NCBI RefSeq assembly: GCF_004010195.1
Contig: NC_057717.1
Coordinates: 104,506,003 to 104,570,002 of the forward strand
Length of the DNA: 64,000 bases
Direction: 5' to 3'
From: Chiloscyllium plagiosum
Lineage: Eukaryota
The notes under the pieces were generated by a model. It did no database searches. It saw nothing but the letters and a program-made list of their open reading frames with translations, and was not told the DNA's origin. Below are positions 63,301 through 64,000 of the stretch, in pieces. Every line of letters begins with the position of its first letter. Position 1 is the stretch's first letter. A program made the position numbers and the translations under genes.

Positions 63301-64000
63301 ACTGTAGCCAGTACAAAGACAGCAAAAAATGAAAACAGAAATAGCTGGGAAAGCTCAGCAGGTCTGGCAGCACCTGAGGAGAGAAATCAGAGTTGAGGTT
63401 TTGGGTCCAGTGACCCTTCCTCAGATTTACAGCAAGACTTCCTTACTCTTGTATCCCAGCCTTCTGTCATTAAAGGCCAACATCTGACCTCTTGCCTTCC
63501 AGTTGCTAGCTGTACCTGCGTGCTAGCTTTCCATGTTTTGCTTACAAGGACACCCCAGTCTCTTTCTGTTGCCTGGAGGAGCAGTGGCCAGCTCTTGTAT
63601 GGAACGTGAAGCCATATCTTCCTGAATAATGGAGGATAACAATGTATTTGATTTGCTTGGCTTCCAGTAACCACTGGCTGGTTATAGGAAAATGAAACCC
63701 CTTTGGTTGTTTTAGGCAAGACACATTGGGTTTGCACGTTTTCCAGAAAAGTGTTAGAACTGTGGAACTCAACAAAAGAAATTCTAGAATTGTGTTAGAA
63801 ATGGAGCCTGGCATATTCAGTCGCCATCAGGAAGTGTTACAATTGACATTTAATACCCTCGTATTATGGTGGGCTGGGGCTAGCACAGGGAGTCCATGTC
63901 TTTCTGCTGTTCACTGGAAATGCACGTATGTGTGTGTGTATACACACACATGTGCTTGTCCACATGTGTCTAGGAGAAAAGGATGGCAGCCATTCCCAAG

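Noticed and set aside
63973..64000. Possible start of a next gene (tag|gagaaaaggATGGCAGCCATTCCCAAG, MAAIPK)
   Set aside because: Only six codons are visible at the window edge, so it cannot be supported

Overview
Eukaryotic genomic DNA, very likely a shark (inferred from HE1/V-SINE-type SINEs, CR1 LINEs and Penelope-derived repeats; species cannot be fixed from sequence alone). Three spliced genes were assembled by hand from GT-AG sites and reading phase. (1) The last 8 coding exons of lysosomal alpha-mannosidase MAN2B1 (+, 426-7846). (2) A complete 16-coding-exon tRNA m2,2G26 dimethyltransferase TRMT1 (-, 32182-9903, 658 aa), whose C-terminal CCCH zinc finger looks degenerate. (3) A complete BTB-BEN factor NACC1 (+, 44122-58558, about 492 aa). 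TRMT1 and NACC1 diverge from a CpG-rich region at about 35.4-35.6 kb. Introns are packed with retroelements. The most notable non-genic signals are minimal type I hammerhead ribozyme motifs in several Penelope-derived families, palindromic non-autonomous elements with target-site duplications, and a 2.07-kb Penelope-bounded insertion in a NACC1 intron that carries an inverted 1.5-kb copy of nearby intronic DNA. Most ORFs in the supplied track are spurious or repeat-derived.
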